DNA of 58,048 nt, taken from positions 75,155 to 133,202 of the forward strand of contig PS015160.1 in assembly GCA_048213135.1 (NCBI GenBank). The letters are read 5' to 3'. Position numbers and translations under genes: made by a program. This document shows, piece after piece, positions 11,992 to 25,000 of the stretch. The first letter of the stretch is position 1. The number at the start of each line of letters is the position of its first letter. The notes under the pieces are model-generated. The model was not told the DNA's origin, did not search any database, and was given only the letters and a program-made list of their open reading frames with translations. This stretch comes from Reclinomonas americana ATCC 50394 (taxonomy: Eukaryota).

Positions 11992-13069
11992 ATGACAGCA
12001 GGCAGTGAAGCGATCGCCTTTGTTCGCGCCAACGGCTTCTTTGCCGCGTACTTTGTCGGTGTCTCATGGCTGTGGTCATCGCCCACTGGCGTTTCGTTGG
12101 CTCCTCCCTCCTCTCATGTCTTCTCTCCGCAATCACTGACAAGATCTTCTCTGCACTGCTTAAGCATCGATTGTGGTCGCGCGTGGAGTCCATTGGTGAG
12201 ACACCGAGCATGATTCTGTTCCTGACCTCGGCGCTGCTGCCGACGGTGGTGTACTGGGCGCACTCGCTGGTGCTGATGATTGCGGACGCGTGGTCGCTGG
12301 TGCCGGAGCGGTACAAGACGCAGCCGAGCATGCGCTGGCGTTTCCGCGAGGCCATGAGTGCGGTGCCTGGTGTCCTCTCTAACACGGTGTTGGTGGCGTG
12401 GACGACTGCGTTTCTGGGCAACAGTGTGGCGCTGTTGCCGGCGGGTGTGCGCACCGAGGCGGAGGCGCTGCCGTCGTTCTGGCACTGCTTGCTGCTCATG
12501 GCCGTGTGTCCGCTGGTCACAGAGGTGTTCTTCTTCTATACGCACTGGGTGATGCACTATCCGCCGCTGTACGCTCTCATCCACAAGCAGCACCATACGT
12601 GGACGGCCCCGGAGGTTCTTTGCTCTTGTTTTTCGAACACCGCTGTGAGTGAGTGAGTTGCTCAGGTGTCGTGCAGGGGTTCACGGCGGTGTATTGCCAC
12701 TGGATCGAGCATCTGGTCGTGAATCTCGTCTCGGTGCTGGCACCGGTTGTTCTCACCGGAGCTCATGCGGCGGTGGCGGCCTCGTGGACCACTCTTGCCG
12801 TGCTCAACACGGTCAATTCGCACTCGGGCTACGCGTTGCCGGGCTTCCCCTCCCCGCTCTCCCACGATTACCATCATGCATCGTTGCGCGGAGAAGGGAA
12901 AAAGATGCGAGACAACTCCGTCCACCGCTGGCTCATCTCCTTGCGTATGCGCAGGTTTGACTACAACTATGGCGTGCTGGGCCTGCTGGATGCGCTGCAC
13001 GGGACCGACAAGGGCTACGACAAGTACTGCGAGCGGTTTGCTGCGCGGCAAGTGCCTGCAGGTGAGTGA
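11992..13069 (+). CDS. Fatty acid hydroxylase/sterol desaturase family membrane protein, four exons
   Basis: His boxes FYTHWVMH, IHKQHH and HSGY...HDYHHASFDYNYG (spliced), then LDALHGT. Confidence 0.9.
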
Positions 13070-13310
13070 ATGGGTGGCCGTCGACGTTCTCTTTGCCGAC
13101 GTTGACTGATTCGGTGAATGCACAGGCACAGTGCCGTCAAAGGCACACCAGCAATAGTTGCTGCAGTGAGGCAGATGATGTACATGTAGACTCCCCCTTG
13201 TTCTGCTGATCTTGTGTTTGGGACACTCGACGTTTTGTGAGAGCAGTTGTGTTGCCCGCCCGAAAAGGGCGTTTTATCTATTCCACACCGTACACACGCA
13301 CAGCACCGCC

Positions 13311-16300
13311 ATGTCCAGTGGCCTCGCCGAGGCTCCTCTGTCGCCCACGGGCTTCTCGTCACTGGCGGCGTCGCCAAGTGCGGCGCTCATGTATGGATCG
13401 CCGAGTGGCGCGATCAAGCGAGCCCGATCGGCGTATCCTCTAATCTCGGACACGCAATCACCGACGGCGGCGGCGGCGACAAGGCCCGCGGCCAGTGTGG
13501 TCAGTGTCGTTGTGCGACCGCGCCGTGAAGTACAAGACGAGTTGCGGGTGCTGGAACATGCGCAGCGCAACGCTGTTCGCCGATCTCGATCTGGTGAGTT
13601 TTTGCGCGGGGGAATGTAGTGGTGCTGGATTGTTGAATGCTGATCCTCCTCCACAGCCGCGGCAGTACGGAGACCAAACTCGTCGTCGTCGTCGAGCATG
13701 GGAGTGACGGCCAGTGTTGGCGGCCACGAGTTTCTGTTGGCGCTGGCCGAGCGGCGTGCAGCGTCTCTCCTGGCGCAAAGCCCCCTGGCAGCCGAGGTCA
13801 GCTGCTGCTTTCGTGCCTTGCTTACGCGCTGTTAGCTCACCTCTTCCGCCGTCAACAAACACAGGGCGGTATGGCCGCAGCCTCCTTGTGGCGACGAAAT
13901 GGCGTCACACCGACCGCCACGTCAACACCAACACCGACTGGCGATGGCAGCCATGTGCCGCCGCCAGTGATGCAGCGGGCGGCCACCACCGGCGACCTTC
14001 CCTTCTCCAACAGCCGCACACTGGTTTCGGTACTCCACGAGCAGCAGCATCAGCGATCGGCCACCGTCGTGACGACCGCCGCCACCACGCCGGCATCGTC
14101 TCCGCCGCCCTCACGGAACGGTGGCTCACGTCAGCGTGCGGTGCAGTCGGCGGGTGGTGGGCGGCGGCGACCGTCGGTTCTCGTGCTGACTAGTCCCTCC
14201 ACGGCCAATGGTACTGGCGTCGGCGAGTCTCGCGAACCGAGCCCACCTTCACCCTCCCGCACATCGTCCCATACCGTCAACGCACCGGGAGGAGATCCGC
14301 GGAGCTCGTCACCCGTGCAGCAGCCGTTGAACATACAGCCCAAGTACGCCAGCTACGGAACGAAGGCCGAGTTTCTGCGTCGCATGGAACAGTTTGTCGT
14401 CACCCACCTCGATCACCAGCCGGCCGATCGGTGTGCTTCCGTTCACTGTCACTGCAGCCTCTTTCAGCAACGATGGATACTCATGAGGTGCTTTTCCTCC
14501 CCAATGTGCAGTACGAATCCTCGGATATGCCACGAGCGGCTTGCCGCCGTGCGCTCTCTGTTCGGTTGGTGGCGAAGAGTTGGAGAAGGTGTGGTGGGCG
14601 TGTCGGCGGTGACTGACCATCATCTCGACGCAGGCATGTTTATGCAAGAGTTCTCGTCGTACAGCCTCGTCTTGTCGTATGTAATGGACGAGTATGAGGA
14701 GTATGTGCGCGAGTGGAGCATGCTGCAGGAGCGGAACAACGAGTTGAAGATGCAGGTTCAGGACCTGCGCGGTGAGATGCGGCTGCACAACGAATCACTG
14801 GCCGACGCCATCAGCAAGAGCCGCAGCATCCTTGCGCAAGGAGGGTATGTAGGGTGGAAAGCGCGATGGCAGAGCTATTGGTCTCTCACTCGTCGTGTGA
14901 CAGTGGCGATCGTGCTGGTACCATTATGGAGGAGACGCAGAGGAATGGACTAAAGTTGGAAATTGAGGAGCTCAAGGAGCAAGGTGAGAGGCACCGTGGT
15001 CGCACTGTCTATGTTGGCGCAGTTTGCTCACGCAGTCACCGCCCACAGCCGCTCAGCTGCGGCGAGAAATTCTGGTGATGAACGGCGACAAGCGGCAGCT
15101 GGAGGCCTCGCTGACGAATCTGCAGAACGACGTGCAGCGCAGCGCATACTACGAGACGCAGTACATCAAGGCCAAGAGCGATGCTTTCGCGAGTTGCGCT
15201 GCCTTTGTGTCACAGGTCTCCCTCTAGAAAACCACGCCGTCTCTCATTCTCCTATCGCCTTCAGCCGTGGTCAAGATGGAGTCGGCGCTGGAGCAGGTGC
15301 GACTTGCCGACGAGCGGTTTGCCAAGGGCATCGAGCTGGAGCGACAAAAAGCCAATCTGCGCATGGCGCGCAAGTTTGACAAGCACGTGCTGACTGAAAA
15401 GAGACTGGTGAGTGTGGAAGGCACTCTTCTTCATCTTTTTTTGCATCCCAGCGTATCTCACGGTGGTGGTGCGCACAGCGGGAACAAGTGGAGAGATTAC
15501 GATATGCGTTGGATGTGGTGCTCCAACGCAACCGTGATTTGGCGCAAAAGCTCAACGAGCTGCGCGACCGCAAGCAGCGCGGCGGTTTCACGCCACGGCC
15601 CGACTGGGTCGCCATTGAGCAGACGCTGACCAAGAAGGGCATCGAGATGCCGCCTCCACCGCAGCCGAATGTGGTGTACGAGGTGCACTCGATGCCCATC
15701 TTTGACGCTGCCGCACAGCCAGTGGTTCCAGTCCGCGAGTCGGCGGCCGAGTGGCTGGAGCGCTTCCTCAAGGCGCACCACGACAAGACCCGTCTGCGAC
15801 GGCGCAAGTCAAAAAAATCGGCCGCCGAGATCCAGTTGCGCGAGCTTGCCCGTCGGCAAGGCGACACCGATGATGCCGTGTCGCTGTCGTCGAGCGATGA
15901 GGAAGACGATTTGTCGGAGGTGAACACCGACTGGGACCAGGCCCACGTGGAGAGTCTGTACATGGAGGCCATGAAGGATCCGTCATTCTCGGCCAGCTCG
16001 TTTTACGTGGAGCACTTGGTGGCGGCCCTGGTCGAGCTCACCAACGACTATGAAGTGGTGAGTGTGGTAGTGGGGTGTGTGTGGTGAAAGGAAAAGGATG
16101 CGCTGACTTGGTGAATGTGGGCCGGCAGCTGGAGAAGGAGATGGCGGGACTGAAGGACTTTGTCAACCTGGCCGGCCGCAAGGGTCGCATGGCAGAAAAG
16201 TGCGTGCACGCCGTTTCTGTCTTCTAACTCTCGGTGCTCCTCAATGATTCGCTTGGTGCAGGGCGGATTCGCAACTCAAGTACATTCCCGCACTCGGTTC

Positions 16301-17909
16301 CACGCCCGACATTCCCAAGTACCTGCGCGCCGTCGGCAAGATCCGCAATCGCAGCATGAGCAAGCGCGATGCCGAAATGTTTATTCGCGAGTTCTGGGCC
16401 GCCAAGGCCAAGTACGAAAGCGGCGGTCGCGTGATATCTGTTGCGTGCAGTCATCTGTGACGACATCTGAATGGTGGATTACTCATCTCAGCTCTCGCCT
16501 CGTCAATGTGCAGGTGGACGAGTTCATGTACCACCATCTGCTCAGCAAGCACGGCATTCACGGTGTCATTGTGGAGTTTGCGTACAACTTGCTGGAGGCG
16601 CTGAAGCAGTACCGATACGACCCGGACTGCGACATGTTTTTGAGGATCTTGGAGGGTCTGTTTGACGCGTGACTCTCTTGTGTCCCTCGCACGCATGTGT
16701 GTGTGGGTGACTCACTGGCGGTTTGGCGCGACACAGGCAACTTTAGCGAGGAAATCTACCAGGAGCAGATGAAGCTGGTGTCCTCCACGCAGCACGTGCT
16801 TCGCAAGGCCGACGAGGAGCTGCACGGTAAAAAGACACGCACGAACAAGTTGCGCAAGTCGGAGATCGTGGCCAAGCTGCGTGAACACTTGCCGGCCAAG
16901 AAGCACGAGAACATTATCAAGCTGCTGGTGGTGCGTCGCCACGCCACGTCTTCTTCGTCTCGATTGCCCCAGTGGTTCTCTCAACACCTTCCCTTTATAC
17001 AGTGCCTACACAACGACACCGACACGACTCGCAACGTGCTGGTGCGCTACAACAAGCTGTTCGAGGAGGATCGCAACTGCAATCAGTCGGACTTCCTGGA
17101 GGAGTTGCGCACGCAGCACATGTCGGAGCGAGCTGAGTTTCTCGAGGCGATCGAGGTGGCGGTGGCCAGTCGTGGCATGTCGACGATGGGGCCGCAGAAT
17201 GTGTGGGAGGTGTTTAGAGAGGTGAGTGGGGGAAGGGGAAGGGAGAGGAAAAGGGAGAAAGGGAAAGGGAAAGGGGGAGAAGAGTAGAAAGGGGAAGGGG
17301 GAGAAACATGAGATGCAGAGGCGAGGAGTGAGATATTAGTCAGAAGAGTGAATGCTGGAGTCAGTGCTGTTACTGCACGAGGAGTTCAGCAAGCGCCACA
17401 CGCACGCACGCACTGACCTCTCCCCGCCCACAGATCGACCCAGATATGCCGATATCCTATGCCGACTCGGTGCTACTAAAGGTCTTCAACGTCAAGGTCA
17501 AGACCTTGATCGAGAGGAGCGACAGCAACACCTTGTCACACACTCCACCGCTCTCCGTCGACTCGCTGCTCTCGGTGAGTCGAGAATCGCAGCTTGCGTT
17601 GTTGTCGTGTCCCTCCCGTTTCCCGTCGCTCACTCAGCATCCCTTCCCCACTTTCAGCAAATTCGCAAGTACGACATCAAACGCTTCACTCAGGCGCCAG
17701 TGGGACCGCTGCCCTTTGAGGAGGTTGGCGAAGACGAGGCGGACGACGATGGCTCCGACAGCGACGTCAACGACGACGAGAAGCACGATGTCGAACACGT
17801 CGAGCACACGTTCAACACGGGCGATTACATGGCCAAGGATCCCGACGATGCCGCCGCCGCCGCCACCGGCGCCTCTGCTTCCGCCATGCCGAGACCACCC
17901 GACGAGTGA
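13311..17909 (+). CDS. TSNAXIP1: Translin-associated factor X-interacting protein 1-like (cilia-associated coiled-coil protein), about 14 exons
   Basis: Coiled-coil middle, then LGSTPDIPKYLRAVGKIRNRSMSKRDAEMFIREFW and VEFAYNLLEALKQYRYDPDCDMFLRILEG, FEEDRNCNQSDFLEELRTQ. Confidence 0.75.
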
Positions 17910-17941
17910 TCTCACAAATGAATCGATAAACCACTGTGCGG

Positions 17942-20551
17942 TCACTTGCGTCGCTTGCCGGCATTTGCCGCGGGAGGGCTGGACGGTGATCCACTTTCGA
18001 GAAAGCCATTCTCGCGCAACACGGCCACCATCGACTCGAGGATGCGTTTGAAGCGGTCCGGACCGAGCATGATGCCGCCGTACCAGCGCGTGACTACCAC
18101 TGCCACGTTCTTCACGTCGGCCGTCTGCAGAAAGTACAAGAGCTGGCGGGAGAGAGGTGAGCACCCCCGGCATATCATACGTTAGCCGTGCGCCTGCGTG
18201 CACACCTTGAGACTCGCGCCACCCTCTCCATCGTCGTCTGTGTGCTCCAACACACGCCCCTGCCCGTCGTCCACCCGATACACAAAAATGCTGACAATGC
18301 TGACAGTCAGCACATCTCTCTCTTGGGCGCGCGGCATGGTACACCGTCTGCCACTCAACTTGTGCGTCGCCATGGCATACTTCTTCTCCATCAGCAAGTG
18401 GTACCGCATGGACTCCGCCTCCAGGGCGCTGTGCACCTCGGCGGCGTGCGATACGAACTTGCTCTTGCGGTCGACAATTGCCTCGGCGCTCTCGAACATT
18501 CTTCGCGAGAGGGAAGGAGAAGGGGGGATGAGAAGAGGGAAGAGGAGAGGGGAAGGTAAAGGCAAAGAATAACTGGCTTAGGGGTGCAACGAAGATGAAC
18601 AGGTTGATGAGAGAGAGAAAAGCAAGGACAAGTGCAGACTGGAGATGCGGAGGAGATCACAGCGAGTAAGTTGATGTGAGGGAAAGAAGAGGCAGAGACG
18701 ACAGAGAGCATACAGAAGGGTTGCAGAGTAATGAGAGGAAGAGGAAACGAAAAGTGGAGGCGGGGAGACGCAGTGTCACCATGATTGGGCTGATGAGAGA
18801 AGAGGGCAAGGCGGAGGCAAGCATGAGTGCAGGCCGGGAGCATGCAGAGAAGAGAAGGACGAATGCAGACGATGCGGAAGCGAGGCTGAGCAGGGAGAAG
18901 GGCCAGATGACAAAGAAAAGAGGACAGACTCATGAGAGAGAACGAAGTCAATGAAAGGCATGAGGGCACAGCTTCGACAACAAGACACTCAACTCTGGCG
19001 GAGGCGGCAACGCAGAGGCCAGTGCCAACGCCGCCCGTTCCCGCCCAAGTCCCTCCTGCTCATGCTCCTCCATGGCCGCAGCCGCCGCACGCTCGCTGGC
19101 AGACGACAGCGCATCAAGTTCCGAGGTCAACCTGCCCCAGCCCCGAGATGAGCATGCCACCAGCGAGAGAGAGAGAGAGAGAGAGGCAGACACACCACTG
19201 CGCCCACTGATAAAACGGCTGCTCCTCCGGCTGCTCTCGATACACGTCGGCCAGCTGTGCATACATGCGAGAGATGGCCGCAGAAGGCAAGGTTCCACGC
19301 AGNNNNNNNNNNNNNNNNNNNNNNNNNNNNNNNNNNNNNNNNNNNNNNNNNNNNNNNNNNNNNNNNNNNNNNNNNNNNNNNNNNNNNNNNNNNNNNNNNN
19401 NNNNNNNNNNNNNNNNNNNNNNNNNNNNNNNNNNNNNNNNNNNNNNNNNNNNNNNNNNNNNNNNNNNNNNNNNNNNNNNNNNNNNNNNNNNNNNNNNNNN
19501 NNNNNNNNNNNNNNNNNNNNNNNNNNNNNNNNNNNNNNNNNNNNNNNNNNNNNNNNNNNNNNNNNNNNNNNNNNNNNNNNNNNNNNNNNNNNNNNNNNNN
19601 NNNNNNNNNNNNNNNNNNNNNNNNNNNNNNNNNNNNNNNNNNNNNNNNNNNNNNNNNNNNNNNNNNNNNNNNNNNNNNNNNNNNNNNNNNNNNNNNNNNN
19701 NNNNNNNNNNNNNNNNNNNNNNNNNNNNNNNNNNNNNNNNNNNNNNNNNNNNNNNNNNNNNNNNNNNNNNNNNNNNNNNNNNNNNNNNNNNNNNNNNNNN
19801 NNNNNNNNNNNNNNNNNNNNNNNNNNNNNNNNNNNNNNNNNNNNNNNNNNNNNNNNNNNNNNNNNNNNNNNNNNNNNNNNNNNNNNNNNNNNNNNNNNNN
19901 NNNNNNNNNNNNNNNNNNNNNNNNNNNNNNNNNNNNNNNNNNNNNNNNNNNNNNNNNNNNNNNNNNNNNNNNNNNNNNNNNNNNNNNNNNNNNNNNNNNN
20001 NNNNNNNNNNNNNNNNNNNNNNNNNNNNNNNNNNNNNNNNNNNNNNNNNNNNNNNNNNNNNNNNNNNNNNNNNNNNNNNNNNNNNNNNNNNNNNNNNNNN
20101 NNNNNNNNNNNNNNNNNNNNNNNNNNNNNNNNNNNNNNNNNNNNNNNNNNNNNNNNNNNNNNNNNNNNNNNNNNNNNNNNNNNNNNNNNNNNNNNNNNNN
20201 NNNNNNNNNNNNNNNNNNNNNNNNNNNNNNNNNNNNNNNNNNNNNNNNNNNNNNNNNNNNNNNNNNNNNNNNNNNNNNNNNNNNNNNNNNNNNNNCACAG
20301 AGATGCGGCATGGAGGAGGCTCAGTGCTTACTGCTGCAACAACAGCAGCAGAAGTCTCCACGTAGAAGGTGACTTGCAGAGTGACGCGTGTGCTGCTCAG
20401 TGTGAGCTGCAACATGTGATGAGCGCGTGATTGCTGTCGCTCTCTCTCTCTCTCTGTGGCATGCGCACACCTTCCACTCGTCGTCTTGCGTGCCACGTGT
20501 GAGCTCGTCAGAGAACACACTGGAGAGCATCTCAAGTGACTCGGCGTCCAT
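17942..20551 (-). CDS. IMPACT: IMPACT family protein (RWD plus UPF0029 domain), spanning an N-gap
   Basis: DRKSKFVSHAAEV, ATHNIFVYR, DDDGEGGA, VAVVVTRWYGGIMLGPDRFKRI. The N-terminal exon MDAESLEMLSSVF is RWD-like. Confidence 0.9.
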
Positions 20552-20589
20552 TCGCAGCAACAAAGAAGCACGGAGGGACAAGGATTTTT

Positions 20590-21696
20590 TTACTCTTCCC
20601 GAGCACTCAGAAAGACGCGCGCTTGAGCGTCTTCCACGAGAAAGCAACGCATCACAATCTCCGCCAACGAGTGCTCGTCGCCAGCACCACCACCAGCAAC
20701 AATAGCCTCCTGCAGTGCCTGCTTGGCGGCCTCGGCGTCGTGAAGTTCCTGTCGAGCGACCGCCAGTGTAGTGCGATACACGAGCACAGTACCGCGTTCC
20801 AGGCCGCACGCAATGTGCTGACCGTCGGGCGACACGGCCACTGCGCGGACGGGCGAGTCGCAGTCGAACTGTTGCACCTGGGGCATGTCGTCGAGCGACC
20901 ACACGCGCAGCGACTTGTCCCAGCTGCCGCTGACCACGAGACGACCTGTGGGCGGCACCGCGGCAACCGAGGTCACTGGCATCGTGTGGCCTTGCAGCTG
21001 CTGCACCTCCTGCAGCGTGGCGATCGACCACAGGCGCACGCAGTCGGGGTGGAGACCGCCATCGGTCAGCACGTGCTCACCGTCGGGCATCAGGCACATG
21101 GAGTGCAGTGGCCCGGTGAAACGCATCGACTTGCGCACAAGCTCACCCGTGGCGAGTGACCACACGCGTAACACCATATCCTCGCCTCCACTGACCGCCA
21201 GCTGTTGCTGCGCCTTGTCGTCGACAACGACGATACAATACACGGCGCTGTCGTGACACTGCGGAATATCTCTCTGCACCACGTGCGTGCCCGCGACTGC
21301 GTCCACCAGCACCACTTGCACATCGCCACTGAGGCTGCCCGTGAGCACGAGCAGCGAGTGCGGCGAAGGGCAGCTCGCGACAGTCACCGCCCACACCATT
21401 GACGATTCCCACGAGTGCACAAGCGCACCTGTCTCCAACGCCCACACGTGCACCTGTGAGGCGCTGGAGGCCAGCACCCATTGCCCATCGGGCGACACTG
21501 TTACGGCATACACCTGCTGCTGCGCATGCTCGACATCATGCTGCCAACACCAGTGCAATGCCAACGATTGCCACGTGCACACAGAACCATCGGCGGTGCC
21601 AGTGACAATGTAGCGCCCATCCGGCGACCAGGCTACGCTTGTCACAGCACCAGCATGCGCAGTGTTGTGGCACAGCGGTCTCCCTCGGAAGAACAT
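20590..21696 (-). CDS. WD40-repeat protein, apparently intronless
   Basis: About seven repeats: HAGAVTSVAWSPDGRYIVTGTADGSVCTW, SGGEDMVLRVW, GHTMPVTSV...SGSWDKSLRVW. Start codon inferred. Confidence 0.85.
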   Translation of the reverse strand: MFFRGRPLCHNTAHAGAVTSVAWSPDGRYIVTGTADGSVCTWQSLALHWCWQHDVEHAQQQVYAVTVSPDGQWVLASSASQVHVWALETGALVHSWESSMVWAVTVASCPSPHSLLVLTGSLSGDVQVVLVDAVAGTHVVQRDIPQCHDSAVYCIVVVDDKAQQQLAVSGGEDMVLRVWSLATGELVRKSMRFTGPLHSMCLMPDGEHVLTDGGLHPDCVRLWSIATLQEVQQLQGHTMPVTSVAAVPPTGRLVVSGSWDKSLRVWSLDDMPQVQQFDCDSPVRAVAVSPDGQHIACGLERGTVLVYRTTLAVARQELHDAEAAKQALQEAIVAGGGAGDEHSLAEIVMRCFLVEDAQARVFLSAREE

Positions 21697-22043
21697 TGGA
21701 AGAGAGTTGTCCTGCAGTGAGCTGCAGGTTGCAAGGTGCGGTCTTGGCTTGCAGTTGAGCTGCCTAGCCACTAGCAAGTTGGAGATGCAAAGCACGGGCT
21801 CCATAATACAGCTCCAGCTCGAGGCATGCATGCATATGCGCAGTTGCAACCTCGACTTCGAGGCCCTTTGCCGCTCGCTTTCTGCAGACTGCAAGCCAAT
21901 TACGTATGCGCAGCTCTCTGTCTTTGTCTCTCTGTTCTGCTTCTTGATGGCACGACGGTGAACACGCCCGTCGAGCTGTCCTTTGCATGCATTGATCACC
22001 GACACTTGCGTGCTGTTGCCCGAGAGATTCGCGATCGCACAAA

Positions 22044-25000
22044 ATGTATTCGCACAACATCGAAGTCTCCGTGCAAGACGCCGCGGCCGATGTCGGCAAG
22101 GAAGGTTCGTCGCGCGAATAGGCAAACCCTCTCCCCCCAAAAGAGANNNNNNNNNNNNNNNNNNNNNNNNNNNNNNNNNNNNNNNNNNNNNNNNNNNNNN
22201 NNNNNNNNNNNNNNNNNNNNNNNNNNNNNNNNNNNNNNNNNNNNNNNNNNNNNNNNNNNNNNNNNNNNNNNNNNNNNNNNNNNNNNNNNNNNNNNNNNNN
22301 NNNNNNNNNNNNNNNNNNNNNNNNNNNNNNNNNNNNNNNNNNNNNNNNNNNNNNNNNNNNNNNNNNNNNNNNNNNNNNNNNNNNNNNNNNNNNNNNNNNN
22401 NNNNNNNNNNNNNNNNNNNNNNNNNNNNNNNNNNNNNNNNNNNNNNNNNNNNNNNNNNNNNNNNNNNNNNNNNNNNNNNNNNNNNNNNNNNNNNNNNNNN
22501 NNNNNNNNNNNNNNNNNNNNNNNNNNNNNNNNNNNNNNNNNNNNNNNNNNNNNNNNNNNNNNNNNNNNNNNNNNNNNNNNNNNNNNNNNNNNNNNNNNNN
22601 NNNNNNNNNNNNNNNNNNNNNNNNNNNNNNNNNNNNNNNNNNNNNNNNNNNNNNNNNNNNNNNNNNNNNNNNNNNNNNNNNNNNNNNNNNNNNNNNNNNN
22701 NNNNNNNNNNNNNNNNNNNNNNNNNNNNNNNNNNNNNNNNNNNNNNNNNNNNNNNNNNNNNNNNNNNNNNNNNNNNNNNNNNNNNNNNNNNNNNNNNNNN
22801 NNNNNNNNNNNNNNNNNNNNNNNNNNNNNNNNNNNNNNNNNNNNNNNNNNNNNNNNNNNNNNNNNNNNNNNNNNNNNNNNNNNNNNNNNNNNNNNNNNNN
22901 NNNNNNNNNNNNNNNNNNNNNNNNNNNNNNNNNNNNNNNNNNNNNNNNNNNNNNNNNNNNNNNNNNNNNNNNNNNNNNNNNNNNNNNNNNNNNNNNNNNN
23001 NNNNNNNNNNNNNNNNNNNNNNNTTTCGGTAAGCGTACGAGAGAATGCATCGTGCATCTCCAACCCCACTTCCTCATTTGCCCTGCCCTTCCCCACCCTC
23101 GCCACTCACCGCTCCAGCAACTCCGCCGCAGCATGATCGACAATGAAACGGCAGTTGCGGTGCGACTGCAAGCACGACACCGGCACGTGTGTGGTCTGTG
23201 GGCCTTCCAGGGCCGCCTTGACGATGCGCGACTTGCCCTCGCCGGTGGCCAGCACAAGAATGCGGCGTGAGTTGGCAATGGTCTCCACGCCCATCTGTAG
23301 GCGAGGAGCGTGAGGAGGCGACGAGTGCAAGAGAGAAAGGCGACGCATGAGAGCACAAACCGTCAGCGCACGCAGCGGCACATTCTCGGCACCGAAGAAC
23401 GCCGTGGCAGCATCGCGACCTGCATCGCTGGTGAGCAGCAGCAGCAGCAGCAACACGGGGGAACACGCAAGTACGAAACGAGTCTGCTCGTCCAGGACCA
23501 CCATGCGGGTGCGTGTATGCAACGGGGTTCCGGGCTCATTGAAGGCCTGACGAGTGCGCACGCGNNNNNNNNNNNNNNNNNNNNNNNNNNNNNNNNNNNN
23601 NNNNNNNNNNNNNNNNNNNNNNNNNNNNNNNNNNNNNNNNNNNNNNNNNNNNNNNNNNNNNNNNNNNNNNNNNNNNNNNNNNNNNNNNNNNNNNNNNNNN
23701 NNNNNNNNNNNNNNNNNNNNNNNNNNNNNNNNNNNNNNNNNNNNNNNNNNNNNNNNNNNNNNNNNNNNNNNNNNNNNNNNNNNNNNNNNNNNNNNNNNNN
23801 NNNNNNNNNNNNNNNNNNNNNNNNNNNNNNNNNNNNNNNNNNNNNNNNNNNNNNNNNNNNNNNNNNNNNNNNNNNNNNNNNNNNNNNNNNNNNNNNNNNN
23901 NNNNNNNNNNNNNNNNNNNNNNNNNNNNNNNNNNNNNNNNNNNNNNNNNNNNNNNNNNNNNNNNNNNNNNNNNNNNNNNNNNNNNNNNNNNNNNNNNNNN
24001 NNNNNNNNNNNNNNNNNNNNNNNNNNNNNNNNNNNNNNNNNNNNNNNNNNNNNNNNNNNNNNNNNNNNNNNNNNNNNNNNNNNNNNNNNNNNNNNNNNNN
24101 NNNNNNNNNNNNNNNNNNNNNNNNNNNNNNNNNNNNNNNNNNNNNNNNNNNNNNNNNNNNNNNNNNNNNNNNNNNNNNNNNNNNNNNNNNNNNNNNNNNN
24201 NNNNNNNNNNNNNNNNNNNNNNNNNNNNNNNNNNNNNNNNNNNNNNNNNNNNNNNNNNNNNNNNNNNNNNNNNNNNNNNNNNNNNNNNNNNNNNNNNNNN
24301 NNNNNNNNNNNNGACGAGAAATGCGCATCGTGGTCGTAATCGAGCTTTGGCGATCGTGAATACTGTAGCGAGTGAGCAAGAGGAGTGCGGGAGCTTAGTT
24401 CACAGTACACATGGAGCATTGCGTACATGAGTGAGCATTCAATCGATCTTGAATACTGTAGCGAGTGAGCAAGAGGAGTGCGGGAGCTGAGTTCACAGTG
24501 CGCATGAAGCATTGCGTACACTCAATCGATCTTGAACACTGTACGGAGAAAGTGAGGCAACCGAGGAGGTGCTTCGTAGACTGAAGCAAGCTTGATCGAT
24601 GTTGAATACTGTGGCGAGTGCAACTTGAGCTGAGATTGCAGTTCCACATGATTGCAGTGAGCGACTGAGCTAGATTTAGTACGCTCTTGAATGCTGCGAC
24701 AGGGGAAGCGAGTTTGTTGATGAATGTTCAACAAGCGATTGAGTGGTGTTGGTGGAGGGCGACAGGGAGTCTCATTTCTGACTCCACGCAGCGCCTGGGC
24801 ATGGGCGAGGAGCACGCGCACTTCCTCAACCTGCCGTTCTACCAGACTGGTGCGCAAGCTGTTCTATAGTCGCTCATCTTTCGCCATCGTGACTCACAAA
24901 TCTCTCGTTAAATATAGGCACCATCGAGAAGAAGACTGTGGGCGAGGAGGACGTGCAGATTGTGTACGAGCTGCTGCAGAAGCTCCGACCACACCACATT

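Noticed and set aside
12089-12096. GC-AG intron
   Set aside because: Reading phase supports the GT donor at 12091.
17452-17460. ATATCCTAT as a second U12 donor
   Set aside because: It lies within an exon that already joins in frame through GT-AG sites and deviates from the consensus.
19072-24521. Long ORFs of 350-530 aa in the ORF track
   Set aside because: They are open only because they run through N-gaps.
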